From assembly GCA_965153285.1 (NCBI GenBank), contig OZ229113.1: a DNA stretch of 64,000 bases. One strand, given 5' to 3'. The notes beneath the pieces were generated by a model. That model saw nothing but the letters and a program-made list of their open reading frames with translations, was not told where the DNA came from and searched no databases. A program made the translations under genes and the position numbers. Source of the DNA: Podarcis tiliguerta. Its lineage: Eukaryota. Of the stretch, positions 1 to 13,582 are shown one piece after another (the stretch's first letter is position 1; the number at the start of each line of letters is the position of its first letter).

Positions 1-144
1 GAAAACCCCAGACTCGCCTAATGTTAATATCTTGGTTCTTTTAAATATAGCACAGGAGAAAGTGCAGTGTGGTGTCTTCCTGTATTAATTTTAGTTGCCT
101 TTTGAAAACGGAAGTCTTACATCTGCCTTATTTTATTTTTGAAG

Positions 145-221
145 CCAATACAGCACAATCTCCTTATAAGAAACTGAAAGAGGCCTTATCATCTGTAGAA
201 GCTTTTGAAAATCACTACTTA
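145..221 (+). CDS. TRAPPC10: TRAPPC10 coding exon (ANTAQSPYKKLKEALSSVEAFENHYL)
   Basis: ttttgaag acceptor, gtaagt donor, 77 nt. Confidence 0.88.
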
Positions 222-3200
222 GTAAGTATGCTATATATATTCTGCATGTAGATTCTAAATAAGAGAACAAAATATTATTGAGTGTATAATATATTGGGTG
301 TAGTCTTCAGTCAATATTTGCAGTAGAATACTATTCCTAGGGGTATACTAGTTTAAGAAATAGTATAGAATCATAATCAGTGTTGGGAGGGATCTTCGAA
401 GTCTTGATTCAAAATGGCAGCCAGCACCCAAAAGTTGGCAAAAACCACTATCCCACCTTGGGAATCCTCATGGCGAGTTTAATGGTGATATCTCAATAGG
501 TGTCCAAACCTATAGAGAACAAACGGATAGACTTTCAAAAATACGTAGCTGATGAAGATAAAGAGCATAACATATTTGAATATCTGGAGGCTGGTTAAAT
601 GTTTGTTTATATAGCTTTTTACATAGTCTCTTGCCCTGCATATTTTGATGCTGAGTGACTATAAAGTCAGTATCTAAATACAATGGTGGAATTCTTGTAT
701 GTGTAATTAGCTTTTTAAAATATTTGCCAGATTTCCTCTAAACTTTCAATAAGTAATCAACAACTTACAACAGTGCAAAAACAAAAACCAAAAAAAAACC
801 AAAGGAACTTTGGAAAAGATCTTTGTGTTCAATCCATAGGATATATGCTTCTGAATATATTAAACATAAAGTTTTGGAACAGAGAACTGTTGTATGATAA
901 CTTGTCCTAAAGCCCCATGTCTTTTCTTTTATCTTATGTAGGATCTTTCCCATGCCACTATTGAAATGTACAAAAACATTGGAAGATCTCGCTCAGCAAA
1001 GCTTGTTGGAAAGGATCTGGCAGAATTTTATATGTAAGGAAAACTTTAAATGGTTGCCTTTTAAGGAACAAAACTTTTAATTTGAAAGGGAGAGGGACTG
1101 TGGCAGGGCATCCCTGTTGATTCTCCTTGAGATCTCAGCTTTTCATACTGTTAACCATGGTGTCCTCCTGGATTGTATCTGATACATTGTTCCAGTTATT
1201 CCACTCCTATGTACAGGTCCCACTTGGCATGCCTGCTGGTGGGGTCCCGTAGGGTTCTATTTTGCTCTCATGCTCTTCAGTATCTATATGAAGCTGCTGG
1301 GTGAGGACATCAGGGAAGCAAGGTGTCAGCAGTGTAGGCTGTTGACAAATCCAGCAGTACTTCTTGCTGGAATAAAGTGAGACTGGAAGGTATTGGGCTG
1401 GTGTCTGGAGGCTGTAGGGGGAAGAGCGGGCAATAAACAGCAGCAGCAGGCTGGATGAGGGCCACTATAGTAAGACTGCATCTAGAAGACAGAAGCTGTG
1501 TGGGCAGGCAGATATTTGGCCTGGGAACTAGATAGGTTCCCTGATTTGCATAGGGTTGCATTCCCTTTGAAGTAGCAGGTATATAGTTGGAAGTGTTCTT
1601 TGATTCAACACTGTCACAGAAACAGAGATGGATTCTGCGTTTTGAAGCACCCTTTCCCACTCCATCTATTTTGTCAGCTACATCTGTTTCCACATAGAGG
1701 TAACTCAACTGCAGTTATTCATGGTCAGCTAACCTACTATCTGAACTACTGTAACACAGTTTACATGGGGCTGCCTATGGAAATGATCCAGAAACTCCAA
1801 TGAGTGCCAGAATGCAGCTGCCAGAGTATTGTCTGGGAGAGCCATGGGGAATCGCATTAAAACCAACCCCAAAAGATCTTCAGTGTCTGGTTGTATTTTT
1901 CCAGGCTGAATTTAAAGTCATAAATGACTTGGGATCCAAGTGTGTGAAGGATTGCTTCTGCTGTTACCAGCTTGCCCAGGCTCTTTGATCTGGAGGGGAG
2001 GCCCATCTCAGAGTCTCACTATTAGGAGAGATGCATTATGTGGTAATAGGTGATTCGGCCTCATCATTGGTGGTTCCTGGACGGTGGAATGCCTTCTGCC
2101 TCAAAGTGTGATTGGCACTGACCTTGTTAACATTTTTGTGCCAAGTGAAAACATTTCCTGTTTGCCTGAGCCTTTCAGTGATTTTAGTCATTCTCTACAA
2201 TGAGAACCATCTCTGGGGTTTGATGTTGATTTTATGGACTTTTATCTGCTTGCTTTATTGACTGTGGTTTTAATGGAGATATAAATCACTCTGAGATCTT
2301 CGGATAAAGAGCAGGCTGAAAATATATTTAATAAAATAAATAATAAATAATGCACTTAGAAATTAAGAGACGTTTTATGTTCAGAAAAATAATTGGAAAC
2401 AAAAAAAAAATGGCTAGGTTAACCAGTTAGCTTCTCTATGCTGCAACAGCAAAATTATGTGCTCAAAATTGTATTAGCTATCCTAATAATTAGATCCCTA
2501 ACCACCATACCTTTATGTGTGTGTACAGTGATATGGAATCTAAGACAAGGAAAGGGTAAATGCTCTGTAGTTCTATCAAGATATGCACTCAGCTTAATAT
2601 TATCAAGGACTCTATGAGCTTAAAAGCTTTCAAGGTATTCTAACAATCCATTCCATGTACAATGAATGCTAAGCATATTGAATAGGGTATTAGTTATTTT
2701 ATTACTATATATTTATCATTATTACAGCATAAAATTTACATGCCTCTTGATTGTAAAAAAAAAATCAATGCTGTTTGCAAAAAGATAAAATAAAATCGAG
2801 AAAAATTCACAGCCATACTTTAAAACATATAAAAGTTTAAATACTAAAATTGATTAAAATCACCTTGGCTTTCTAAGCATCTGGGTAGGCTTGTCTAAGC
2901 AAGGATGTTTTCAGCAGGTGCCGAAAAGAGTACAGTGATTAGTTACCTAATCTATAGTTCATGTTTGTAGCGGATGAAAGGTTTCCATTAAAAAAAAATT
3001 GTAAACTGCTTTCCCTCTCCCTGTCTGTGACATTTTCCCAAGGAAGAAGAAGAGTCCTCAAAAGGCTGAAGTCTACCTTCAAGGAGCATTGAAAACCTAC
3101 CTTGCGGAGGGATGGGCATTGCTTATTACGCATACACGGAAGCAGCTAGCAGAATGCCAGAAACACCTGGGACAAGTGGAAAAGTATCCTTCAAAGCAAA

Positions 3201-6200
3201 GGGTATGTCTTAGGTACCTATGTGCTTTGTTGGGGAGGGTGGATAGTACAGCAGAAGGTGCACAGTACTGTCACCCAAGGATTGCACCAATAATCAATGT
3301 TTCAATTTTTCATCAGAGGTTAGCTGTTGGAGCTGCTGGGCTTTGCACATAACCGCCCTAAAGGTCCTGGCATTGCTTTTATTTATTATTTATTTCTTAA
3401 TACTTATATACTACTTGATAGTAACTACATTGGAAGTGGTCCACTGACGCAGCCAGTCTTCTCTCCCTCCACCCCCTAAATCTGCTCTGGAGAGTTAGGT
3501 GAACTTCCATAAGGTTTAGAGGGGAGGAAATCCTATTGCGTGAGCAATCTTTGTTCTGCTTGCACATAACCCACTTAGCGCTATGTTAAATTACACCGCT
3601 AATGTCACATATATGCTAATAGGATCAGAACTGGCAGTGACTCTCCAGGGAAGAGAACTTGGGATCATGGTTGGTAGCTTGGTGAAAGGGTTGACCCAGT
3701 GTGTACCAGCGGCTAAAAAGACTAATTCCATGTTAGGAATAATTCTGGTTGCTTCACCTCAAGTCAAGAAGGATATTGTAGAGTTCAGGAAAGGGCAGCC
3801 AAACTGGTCACAGTTCCCTCACAGTTTGAGGAATCCTTATGAGCCTCCCAGTTTTAAGTAAACACTCCTGAGTTCCAGTTGGCAGAGGGGATGTGATTTC
3901 ATCGTTGATATAATTACTACTATTAAATAATTACTAAGCAGGTTTGTTTTTAAATGTAGAATTAGGTACGGAGATTATGTGATTTTTTTTAAAAAAAATC
4001 TTTAACATGAATGAAGTATTTGTCGTTGCATCAAGGTGGCATATTATTTGTGTGTGTGTGTAGACTCCTTTCTCCACACTTCCTTAACTTCGTGCCAGCT
4101 ATCTTCAAACAAGCAGTCTTTTAGCTGCTGATGATCACTTAACAGAAGAAGAGCGCAAACACTATTGCCAAGAAATACTAAATTTTGCCAAACAGCCCTC
4201 AGAAGGTGAAGGTAAGACTTTCAAGAGACACTTATTGTGAAACTTCAACTAGGCTATCTTTCTTAAGAAGTTAGGGCAGAGTGGGGAACCTTAGGCCTCT
4301 TTATCTGGCTGTCAGGACTCTGCCCAGATCACCAGACCTAACTTGGATCCTCCTTGAGGTTTTGTTTTTCCCTGGCTGGAATATGTATCCGAACTCTAAT
4401 GGTGCCCCTTGCCTTGCCTTGCCGGAGGCTAGAATGGTGTGTGAAAGTATAAAACTAGCCTATTGTACAAATTATATTTGTTGCTCTGTGCTCTTTTGCC
4501 TCTGTCTTTACCCACCATGGGCACTACCCAGAATATTGCCCTGAAGGGAATGTGGCCCTCAGTCTGAGAAAGATTCACCACACCTGAGCCAGTGGCTTTT
4601 GGTTTTGAATAGCTTTTAAAGCAAGATTAGTTTCATCATCTTGTAAGATTTCAACTTGCTCCTTTTTGAAGGAATAATTTTCTATAGGTGATTCCATTTT
4701 TATTTTTTTTTTAGTTCCTTCATTTTATTACATGCTTCTGCCCTCTTCTGCCTACTATTTTGTTCAATTAATAGCTTCAGAAATTTACTAAAAGGATGCT
4801 GTGGCTTTAGGTATTGTGTGATTATACAGAGCTTGTAACATTTGCAGAATTAGGTTGCAGAGTTTAGTTTCCTGAAAATCTCAGCTTTCATTTTTATTGC
4901 ACAGGTTTCTAGCCCATATGGTAGGGAAGATGTACTTGAAAGTGTGTTAAAAATGAAGCTGAGAGGGTGGCTGAATTAGATTTCTAGTAGGGAGATGGGG
5001 TTTACATAGTACTCTACATAGTTATTTGTCTCTCCCCAGGATTAGGCCAATTAGAATAAATTATGCAAAGCATATAGATAGCATATTATGCAGAATATAT
5101 CGTCCAAATGTGTTTAGGTTGCAGAATTTGGTCTTTTTGACACAATTAAGCAGAAGTGATGGGCTGTATCCAGCATTAGTGATAGTCAGAGTAGACCAAT
5201 TGAAATTCATGGACATGGCCAACTTAGGTCTATTAATTTCAGTGTATTTATTCCGAGTATAACTTAGTGTGTTACAACACAATATATATACTTCAGCTGG
5301 AATTCAAAGAGTACTTTTGATGAGCCCAAAGACTTGTATTATCCCTGCATTGCAGGGGGTTGGACTAGGTGATTCTTGGGGTTCCCTTCCAAGTCTGCAA
5401 TGCTATTATTCCATGATTGCAGAACCTCCAGAAATGTTTCCACTCTGAGTCTGGAAATACATTGAGGCTTATGAATCTGTGCCCCTAAAGTTGTGCTGTG
5501 ATTCACAAACCAAGAGTTCATGCTCTTCCTTAAGAGTTACTAGGTATTAGCTGAATGGTATCTTTGCTTTTATTACACTCATATGGTCAATAGAGTTTCA
5601 CATGTATCTTATTTTATGTTTGTTTGCAGATCAGAAAGTTATACTGTCCATGCATTCCTTTGCACAGCTGAAGAATCTGCATTTTGACCCTCCTAATGCG
5701 GTGGTCCATGTGGGTGGAACACTCTCTATTGAACTGACGTTGGCAAATCAGATGCCCATCGCGGTGAAAGTGGATCAGATTGCTATTAATATCCATTTCA
5801 GCATTGAAAAAAATAGCTACCGGAAGACAGCTGAGTGGCTCACAAAACACAAGACTTCCAATGGTATTATCAGCTTTCCAAATGAGGTTGTAGGTCTCTC
5901 TCTATCAAGAAGTAGCTTGCCGATGTTGGAGTTGTATGAGATGTATGAAAGGAGCCCCTCGGATAATTCCTTGAACACAACAGGCATCATCTGCAAAAAT
6001 GTGCACATGCTGTTGCGAAGGCAGGAGAGCAGCTCTTCTCTGGAAATACCCACGGGGCTAACTCTGGAGGATGGTGCCCACGTTTTAAAATGTAGCAACT
6101 TAATACTGGAACCAGGGGTCAATAACATAACTTTCAGAACCCAGGTATGTTCTTACGGAAGGCAAGCGGTAACCTGGTATTGCTCCCTTGCCTGAAATTT

Positions 6201-9200
6201 GCAACTCTGCTACTTCTGCTGCTTTTAGCCCCTCTCGCGCCTGGCTGGCCTTGACTTACCGTTTTTTTCACTCTATAAGACGCACCAGACCACAAGACGC
6301 ACCTAGTTTTTGGAGGAGGAAAACAAGAAAAAAAAAATTCTGAATCTCAGAAGCCAGAACAGCAAGAGGGATCGCTACGCAGTGAAAGCAGCAATCCCTC
6401 TTGCTGTTCTGGCTTCTGGGATAGCTGCGCAGCCTGCATTCGCTCCATAAGACGCACACACATTTTCCCTTAATTTTTAGGAGGGAAAAAGTGAGTCTTA
6501 TAGAGCAAAAAATACAGTATTTAGAAGAAAGGCTTCTAGCTGTGCCAGGATGTCTGGCTGGTTCTGTGACATGTATCTGTAGAAAATCAGGATTACTCTG
6601 AGCCAAATATCTTTTAACACATTATTTTCAGTTCTTGTCACTTCTCTAAAGTTTAAAAACTTTGAGCTGCTTAGCTGGAATTAACATTCAATCTACCGTG
6701 CTCATTGTCAAAACACTGTGCAGAAAATGGTTTTAGTCAAGCTTGCTGAGAATTAATTTGCAAGATGTTTAAAGTGATAAGCGGTCTCTTGATCATACAA
6801 TAGTTTGTACCTTTAAAACTTTTAATAGCACAAAAACCCCTTCACTTCAGCTTTGTCTGGTTTGCCAGCTACGGTCAATACTGTACAGAGATAGCCTGAC
6901 CACTGTAGTCCATGCATTGCCGACCTCAAGGCTGGATTACTGTAATGCGCACCATGTGATGACTGGCCTTGGGTCTGGTTCAGAAGTTCCAGTTGGTGCA
7001 GAATGCAGTAGCTCAACTTCTGATGGGAGCTTCTGGTCAAGAACATGTTACATGGTTGTTAAAACCATTGCACTGGCTGCCCATCTGCTACTGAGCCTGG
7101 TTCAAAGTTGTCATCATAATTTACAAAGCCCTGAACAAGTTAGGTCACAGCTCCATCACTGAGATCATCTGTAGGAATGTTGGTCATTTCTCAAGTTGGT
7201 GAGGCTCATTAGACTGCAAGAAGAATTCAAGTTTTTAGTGTCATGAGCCCAGCCCTGTGGAATATTCTGCCGATAGAGATTCAGCAGGCACCTTCTGTGC
7301 CATCTTTGAAAAACCTGCTGAAAATTGTTCTGTCCCACCAGGACTATGCAGGCGGTTATGAATACATCCTTAAACAATGGTTAATTGATGTCTCTTTTTA
7401 ACTGTTTTGTGTGGTTTTTATTACACGGTTTTGTTTCAGTGCTGTAAACCGCTTTGATACATATTTTTAACTGACATAATGGCATGCAAATATTTTAATA
7501 AATTAATAATATCAGGGGCCTGTTCAAATGTTTCATTACTGCAGTGTCTTGAATTTCATAGGTACATGCTTTTTTAGTAGGAAAGAGTAGTGGATTGCTC
7601 ACTTTTTGTCAGTAACTTGCTATATATTAGCCAATTTGTCTAAAATAGGACTAGGCTATGTATGGCCTACATGTGCTTTCCCCAGCCATTTTAGTGGAGT
7701 ATGCTTGGTTGCCCTGAAGCCACTGCCATTCATGCTCAAAGCAGAGTAGGCAACAATGGCAAAGCAACTGGAGTTGGATTAAAAGTGGGTAGATGCCTCC
7801 CATAATAGACTAGACTGGTTTGAAATGCTTAAGCATTGTGCTTCTTTAGCTTTATTGTGAGTTCATGCAACTTTATTTTGAAAGAGTGCAATTAGCTGAA
7901 ATCTCTGCTCCGCTGTCCTCAAGCAATGCCCATGATGTATCAGAAACCTTTCTTCAAGCATTGTGGAGCGCAAAGTGCAGGTCTTTGTTGTTCCCTTCTT
8001 CTGTTTCAGAACTTCTCTGCAAGCAAGATTGACTGAATGTACTGCGCGTATCAGAGGCCAGTGCTAGCAAGCCAAAGTTTTTGGCCAAGGGACAAAATGT
8101 ATATAGCCTTTGGCAGTAGTAGGTCAAGTGGTACACCTTTCAGTAATTCGAATAGCAGTACCATTCAATTACAGGCTAGCCACCTTCTGGCTGCAGACAG
8201 GAATTGCAAATAAATGAGTTCTGTATTAATATATTACCACAAAGTTCATGAACACGTTTTAAGTGGTATTTCTACAGAGTGCTCTACAGCAACCGTAAAC
8301 ACAAATGTTGGCTGATGTTCTGAAAATACCACAAGCAAACATCACTTAACAGCATAGCTGAGAACAATTGTTGCTTTAGAAGTTATGTCACCTTTGATGT
8401 AAAAAATAAATAAATACATATATGAATTTGTGCCACAAAGCAGACTGCTTACCAGCATCCTTAAATAAACCACAGTTCAATATTTTTGAAGTTATTAAAT
8501 AATCAACCCCCTCCCATTTTGTATAAATGGGTGCCAGTAGAAAAATAAAACTACAGTTGAATAACCTTGAAGTTACATGGTTTCTTTCTCTCACGCATAC
8601 CCCAATTTGATTTTCAACCTGCTATTTTAAGACTGTGTGTTTATTATGCAAGAGTCCGTGTGTGGTGCAGTCAGTTATATAGGGGAGACATTAACTTAAT
8701 AACAACACACCTCAAGCTATTGAAATGCTTGCCGTTCTATACATATAAAATCTGGATATACCAACAGCCACATGCTCATACAACTATGCAGCCCTAAACT
8801 TTTATCATTGCAATGTAGCCTGTTTTGCATGAGTATATGTTTATATTAAGAATATAGTAAATACCATTTATTCAATATTTCCTAGTGAAAATAGTCTCCA
8901 GGGGATTCAAGGTACTCACAGTATAAAAAAACCACATTTTTTAAAATAACTAAATAAAAGAATTAAGTACAGAGATAATAGTAATCAATGAGAATTTCAA
9001 TGCAATTTGAAAAGCAACACACATATGCCCAAGAAAATCCATGTATCATAACTAACTCAAAGCAGACCTGTTTAAGGCCCAGCAGAGCATAATAGCAAAA
9101 GTAAAGTCTTTACCTCGTGCTGAAAAGATGTTAATGATATTTTTTCCTGTATGCAAATTATTATTATTATTGTTGTTGTTGTTGTTGTTATTCTTGTTGT

Positions 9201-12200
9201 TATTCTGGCTTCTACATATGTCTCCAGGTGATTTACAGATATTTGAAATGTTCTGTCAGATCACCTGGTAAAACTGAGATCCCCAAAGAATATTGTTTTT
9301 TATTTTTCTCATAGGGCAAGGATCCTGGAACATACACACTCAGGCAGTTATGCATTTCAGTGGGCAAAATGCAGTTTGCCCTTCCTCATATTTACCCAAT
9401 AGTGCAGTATGATGTTTACTCTCAGGAGCCACAGCTAAAAGTGGAGCCATGTACTGGTAGGTAAAATTTGCTTGAAACTATGCGTGTTAATTTCTCTTGC
9501 TACGTGTCTAAATTAGGTACTTTCCAGTTTGAAATATATTCTGCAACTTATGAACTAATTTGGAGGACTAAATTCTCAGTATCTAGCTTGCAACAAGAGT
9601 CAAATATACAAATGCTTAACATTCTGAAATACACTATCTAATTTCAGTGTAATGTGTTTTTGCACTGCCTTGATAGTTTTATTGAAGGGCAGTCCTAGAT
9701 AGCTTTTTAATAAAGTTTGTCAGCTAGCTGCCTTTGGAAATGGTTTGCTCGTAACCTTGCAGAACAGCTAGATAAATCTTGAGTAATTAGACATCCATGC
9801 ACCTGGTGCTCTGGAAATAAATGTACATTACATATTTTAACTTAATGAAGCCAAGGGAAACTTTTAATTGATTTTGCTGCTGGAGCCACTGTTCTTGCCA
9901 AGTAACTTCCTACAATATCTGTTGCAATATCTGAGTACATTCTAGGTTGTGAAAAATTGTGGAACGCGTGCCTTGTCTTGCCTGGCTTTCCTCAGTTTTG
10001 GGGAGTTTGTTTTGGCCGTTTCCAATGCAGGAAACTATTGAACTTCTCATTTACTTAATCAAGGAACTTCTCAATCAAGGAAGATGCTGAAATACAGCCT
10101 TAGCTGTGGAGGCTCTTGCTGCGGAACTTGTTCCACAGCTGAATCCACCAACTGGAAAATTCTGTGTAGGGTTTTCCCTACTTAGAGGAAGTGAAGTTTG
10201 CATTTCACATAATTATGTTGATCATTAATATGCAAAAAAGGAGGGATGCTGGAGGATTCCTGTTTCCACTGGGAGTGAAGCTACCCTTTCCCCCTGCCCC
10301 TCAGAGCCATACACGGTTCAGCATACCGATTTGTGGGTTGGTCCACAATTTACAAACCAACATATGCGTAGGTCCAGCAGCACAACTGAGCATGCTGTGG
10401 TTTAGTTACTAGCTGCTCCAAGCAGCTGTATAATGTTAGAGAGAGAACGTGGCTCCCAGGCCTTGTTGCAAGGACGTTATTATTTTTCTTTTATTATAAC
10501 ACTGCAGATTTTCTCTATCTGACTATCTATCTATGCATGTAAACAGGACACATGGACCCAAGCCAAGATCTGGAAGCCAAGTTTCAACCATGGTTTGAAC
10601 ATATTTTGGCTTTCTGGCTAGCTATCAACCACAGATTCTCAGTTTGGACATAATGGCTAGCACACATTTCCTTTGCTTGCACAAAGGGAAGGGCAAAGCA
10701 GGAGCAATCTTGGTGTATAAACCAAGATTTAATCATCCATATGTAGCCATTGTGGTTGTTCTGAGACAGCAGAATTAATTGTTTCTCTTCACCACTACTT
10801 CATTTTTTTTCCAGACAGCCTTTTGGCTGGGATTCCTCAGAAGGTAAAATTTACAGTGACTACTGGCCATTATACCATAAAGAATGGAGATGCACTCCAG
10901 CTAAGTAATGCTGATGCCATGCCAATTTTGTACCATCCAGAGAGTAAAGCTGTGATTTACTCAAACACAAAGGGTATGTAGTTTCGGTATTATTATACTA
11001 ATATTAGTATTTTGATGAAAGAGGGCTTCCTGCAGCCAGGATATAGAAATGCTATAGGAGCTGCATGGTAATTGTAGGTGCAAGAACTTAGCCTCCAATT
11101 TTATATTTACTTCTTAAATCTTTTTTACTATAATAGGTTTAAGCTTTTGTTGATCACAACCTCAATAAACCTGGTACAATGTAGTATGCAGAGTAGCTGC
11201 TTCTGATGTTTTAGTTCTCTGATTCTCTGCACAGCAGTCTGAAAACATATGGCAGGAAAAATATATTTGGAAGCAGTTTAATCTTTTATCAATTCTGAGC
11301 AGAGTTGTTATCCCAAGGGTTACCATATAAATTAACTTTCTCTATCTCAGCACCCTCCCTGCTAACTAATTTTTTGTTCACAGTCATAGCCATGATTCAG
11401 AAGTGTGCATCAAAACTATTCTAAGCACTTCTTTATTAGCAGCTTTCTGTTCCATGGCGTAAACATCAGTGTTTAAGAAAGGGAATTTGTTATGAGAACT
11501 TCCAAATAGGTAAAGTACTTCGAATATTCTGGCATATATCCAACTCTGCACAAGTGGAGTTCTTGTGGTGCAGGACTGGGAAACCTTTGGTCTTCTGAAT
11601 GCTCCTGAACTGCAGCTCCCATCATCCTCAGCCAGCATGGCCTAATGGCTAGATATGATAGGGCTTGTAGTCCAAAACATCTGAAGAGCACCAAGTTGCG
11701 GATTCTGCTATAGAGAACTGCTTAAGAAAAGCCACTAAACAAACTGTTGTGTGCTGTCCATGTAAGTCTCTGGGTTGCATAATGACTTTGGTACAGTGGC
11801 CAAAGTCTTGAGATCATGTTTGTCTCAAAGAAAGGGCATTAGATGAATATGTTATAACACCTGCAAAAAGTTACCTAGTGGGTTAATTCAGACAAACATC
11901 AAGCCGTGATTTGTGTTAACTGTATAAGGTAAACCATGGCTTGTGTGGTTTCCTTTTTTTTCTTCATCCCTACCGAGAGTCCCCAAAAGTTACCTCACAC
12001 AGTAAAACCCAGTGTGGTTTGTTGGTTTAGAGGCAATGCCACACTTTATTTTGAGGAATACCATGTGTTTGGAGTGAAGTGATTATTCTTAATTATAGTT
12101 TAATTGATATTTTATGCAATTGTAGAAAAGGCATCGGAAGCATCTCTAATGATCCAGTCGTCTGAGAAAATCACAAGCATCAGCTTACCAGTGGCTCCTG

Positions 12201-13515
12201 CTTATCACGTGATTGCCTTTGAACTCGAAGTCTTGTATTTACCATCAACCTCAGTAAGTGTGCTGGAGAATGAGAACCCGGTTAGCAAAGAGCTTCAGAA
12301 AAAAAGCAAAGAGGAGATGTCTTGCAATCGTATGGCTACAATTGACCAAAAAGTAAGTTGGCGTGAATAATGTAATATTATATAGCCCTGTTAAAGTAGT
12401 TACTTCCTTTGAGATGGTAAATTGATTTATTACACCCAGAATATTAGAGGAATGCTGTGTTCTTTGGGACCACAAAAGAAAGCTGTGCAGTAAAATATTG
12501 TAAAATGTAAAGATATTTTCCTCTGTGAACAAAAGCTACATCAAAAACACATTTTAACCACAGCTTTTTGTTCTTGAAATACACAAAACAGCACCTCCTG
12601 AAAAGAAGGTGATTCTTTGTAACTTCATTCCTGTTTTTGCTACCTTTCTCTAAAGCAAATTAAATGTGCCTGGTGTGCAGTGACTATAGAAATACAAGAA
12701 AATAATAATGTATAAAAAATACATTTTGTTTTATGTTCTTATTTTCCCTCCCAATAAAGGGTACACTTCTTAAGAAATATTGCAACTATTTGAAATTAGA
12801 AAAATTAAAATTTCAATAATAACCTGAATAACTTTATTCTCTCTTGCCTGCAGGTAACCATTGATTGTCCATGGTCAATTTACTCCACCATTATTGCACT
12901 TACATTCAGTATACCCTTTACAGCCAAACATTCCTTGTTATCAGCAGGCAAAAGGTAACTTTCTCAAGGTCTCTCTCTTAATTCATCATAAAGATATGTC
13001 ATATTACAGCTACAGTTTACAACAATATGAATGGGCAAGGATTTTTGAACTCCTGGCCTGTTTTCTCCCTTCTTTTGTGCTTCATAAATCAATTCCATAC
13101 CTGCTTACTTGAGAGTACAAATACATAGTGATATGGTAGAGTATTTTTTAATTTCACCTTTTCCAATGGGAGACTAACATAAAAACATTGAGTACAGTGG
13201 TTTGTTTAATTTAAATGTAATTTTAGCATGATTAAACAGTGCTATAAATATGTAGAGCTCTTTTTCTCTATTATTTAAGCCTTTAGCAGATAGATAGATA
13301 GATAGATCTAACAATACAATACATAACAAAGTAGGCTCTTTCCAATATTAAAAAAATATGTTTTCCTTTTTATTTTTAGGAAATACATACAGGTTTGCGT
13401 GCAAAACATGTCAGATATCTCTTTTAAGTTATCTGAGAGTAGTCTTAAAAGTTCTGGCGTCTGCACAGATTTAAGTCTTGATCCTCTAAACTCCAAAGCT
13501 GAACAGGTATGCTTG

Positions 13516-13582
<67 letters not shown>

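Noticed and set aside
12851-12859. CAG|GTAACC as a recursive splice site (also PWP2 31278 and 36801)
   Set aside because: These are constrained Val/Gly codons at ordinary exon starts in short introns, with no other support.
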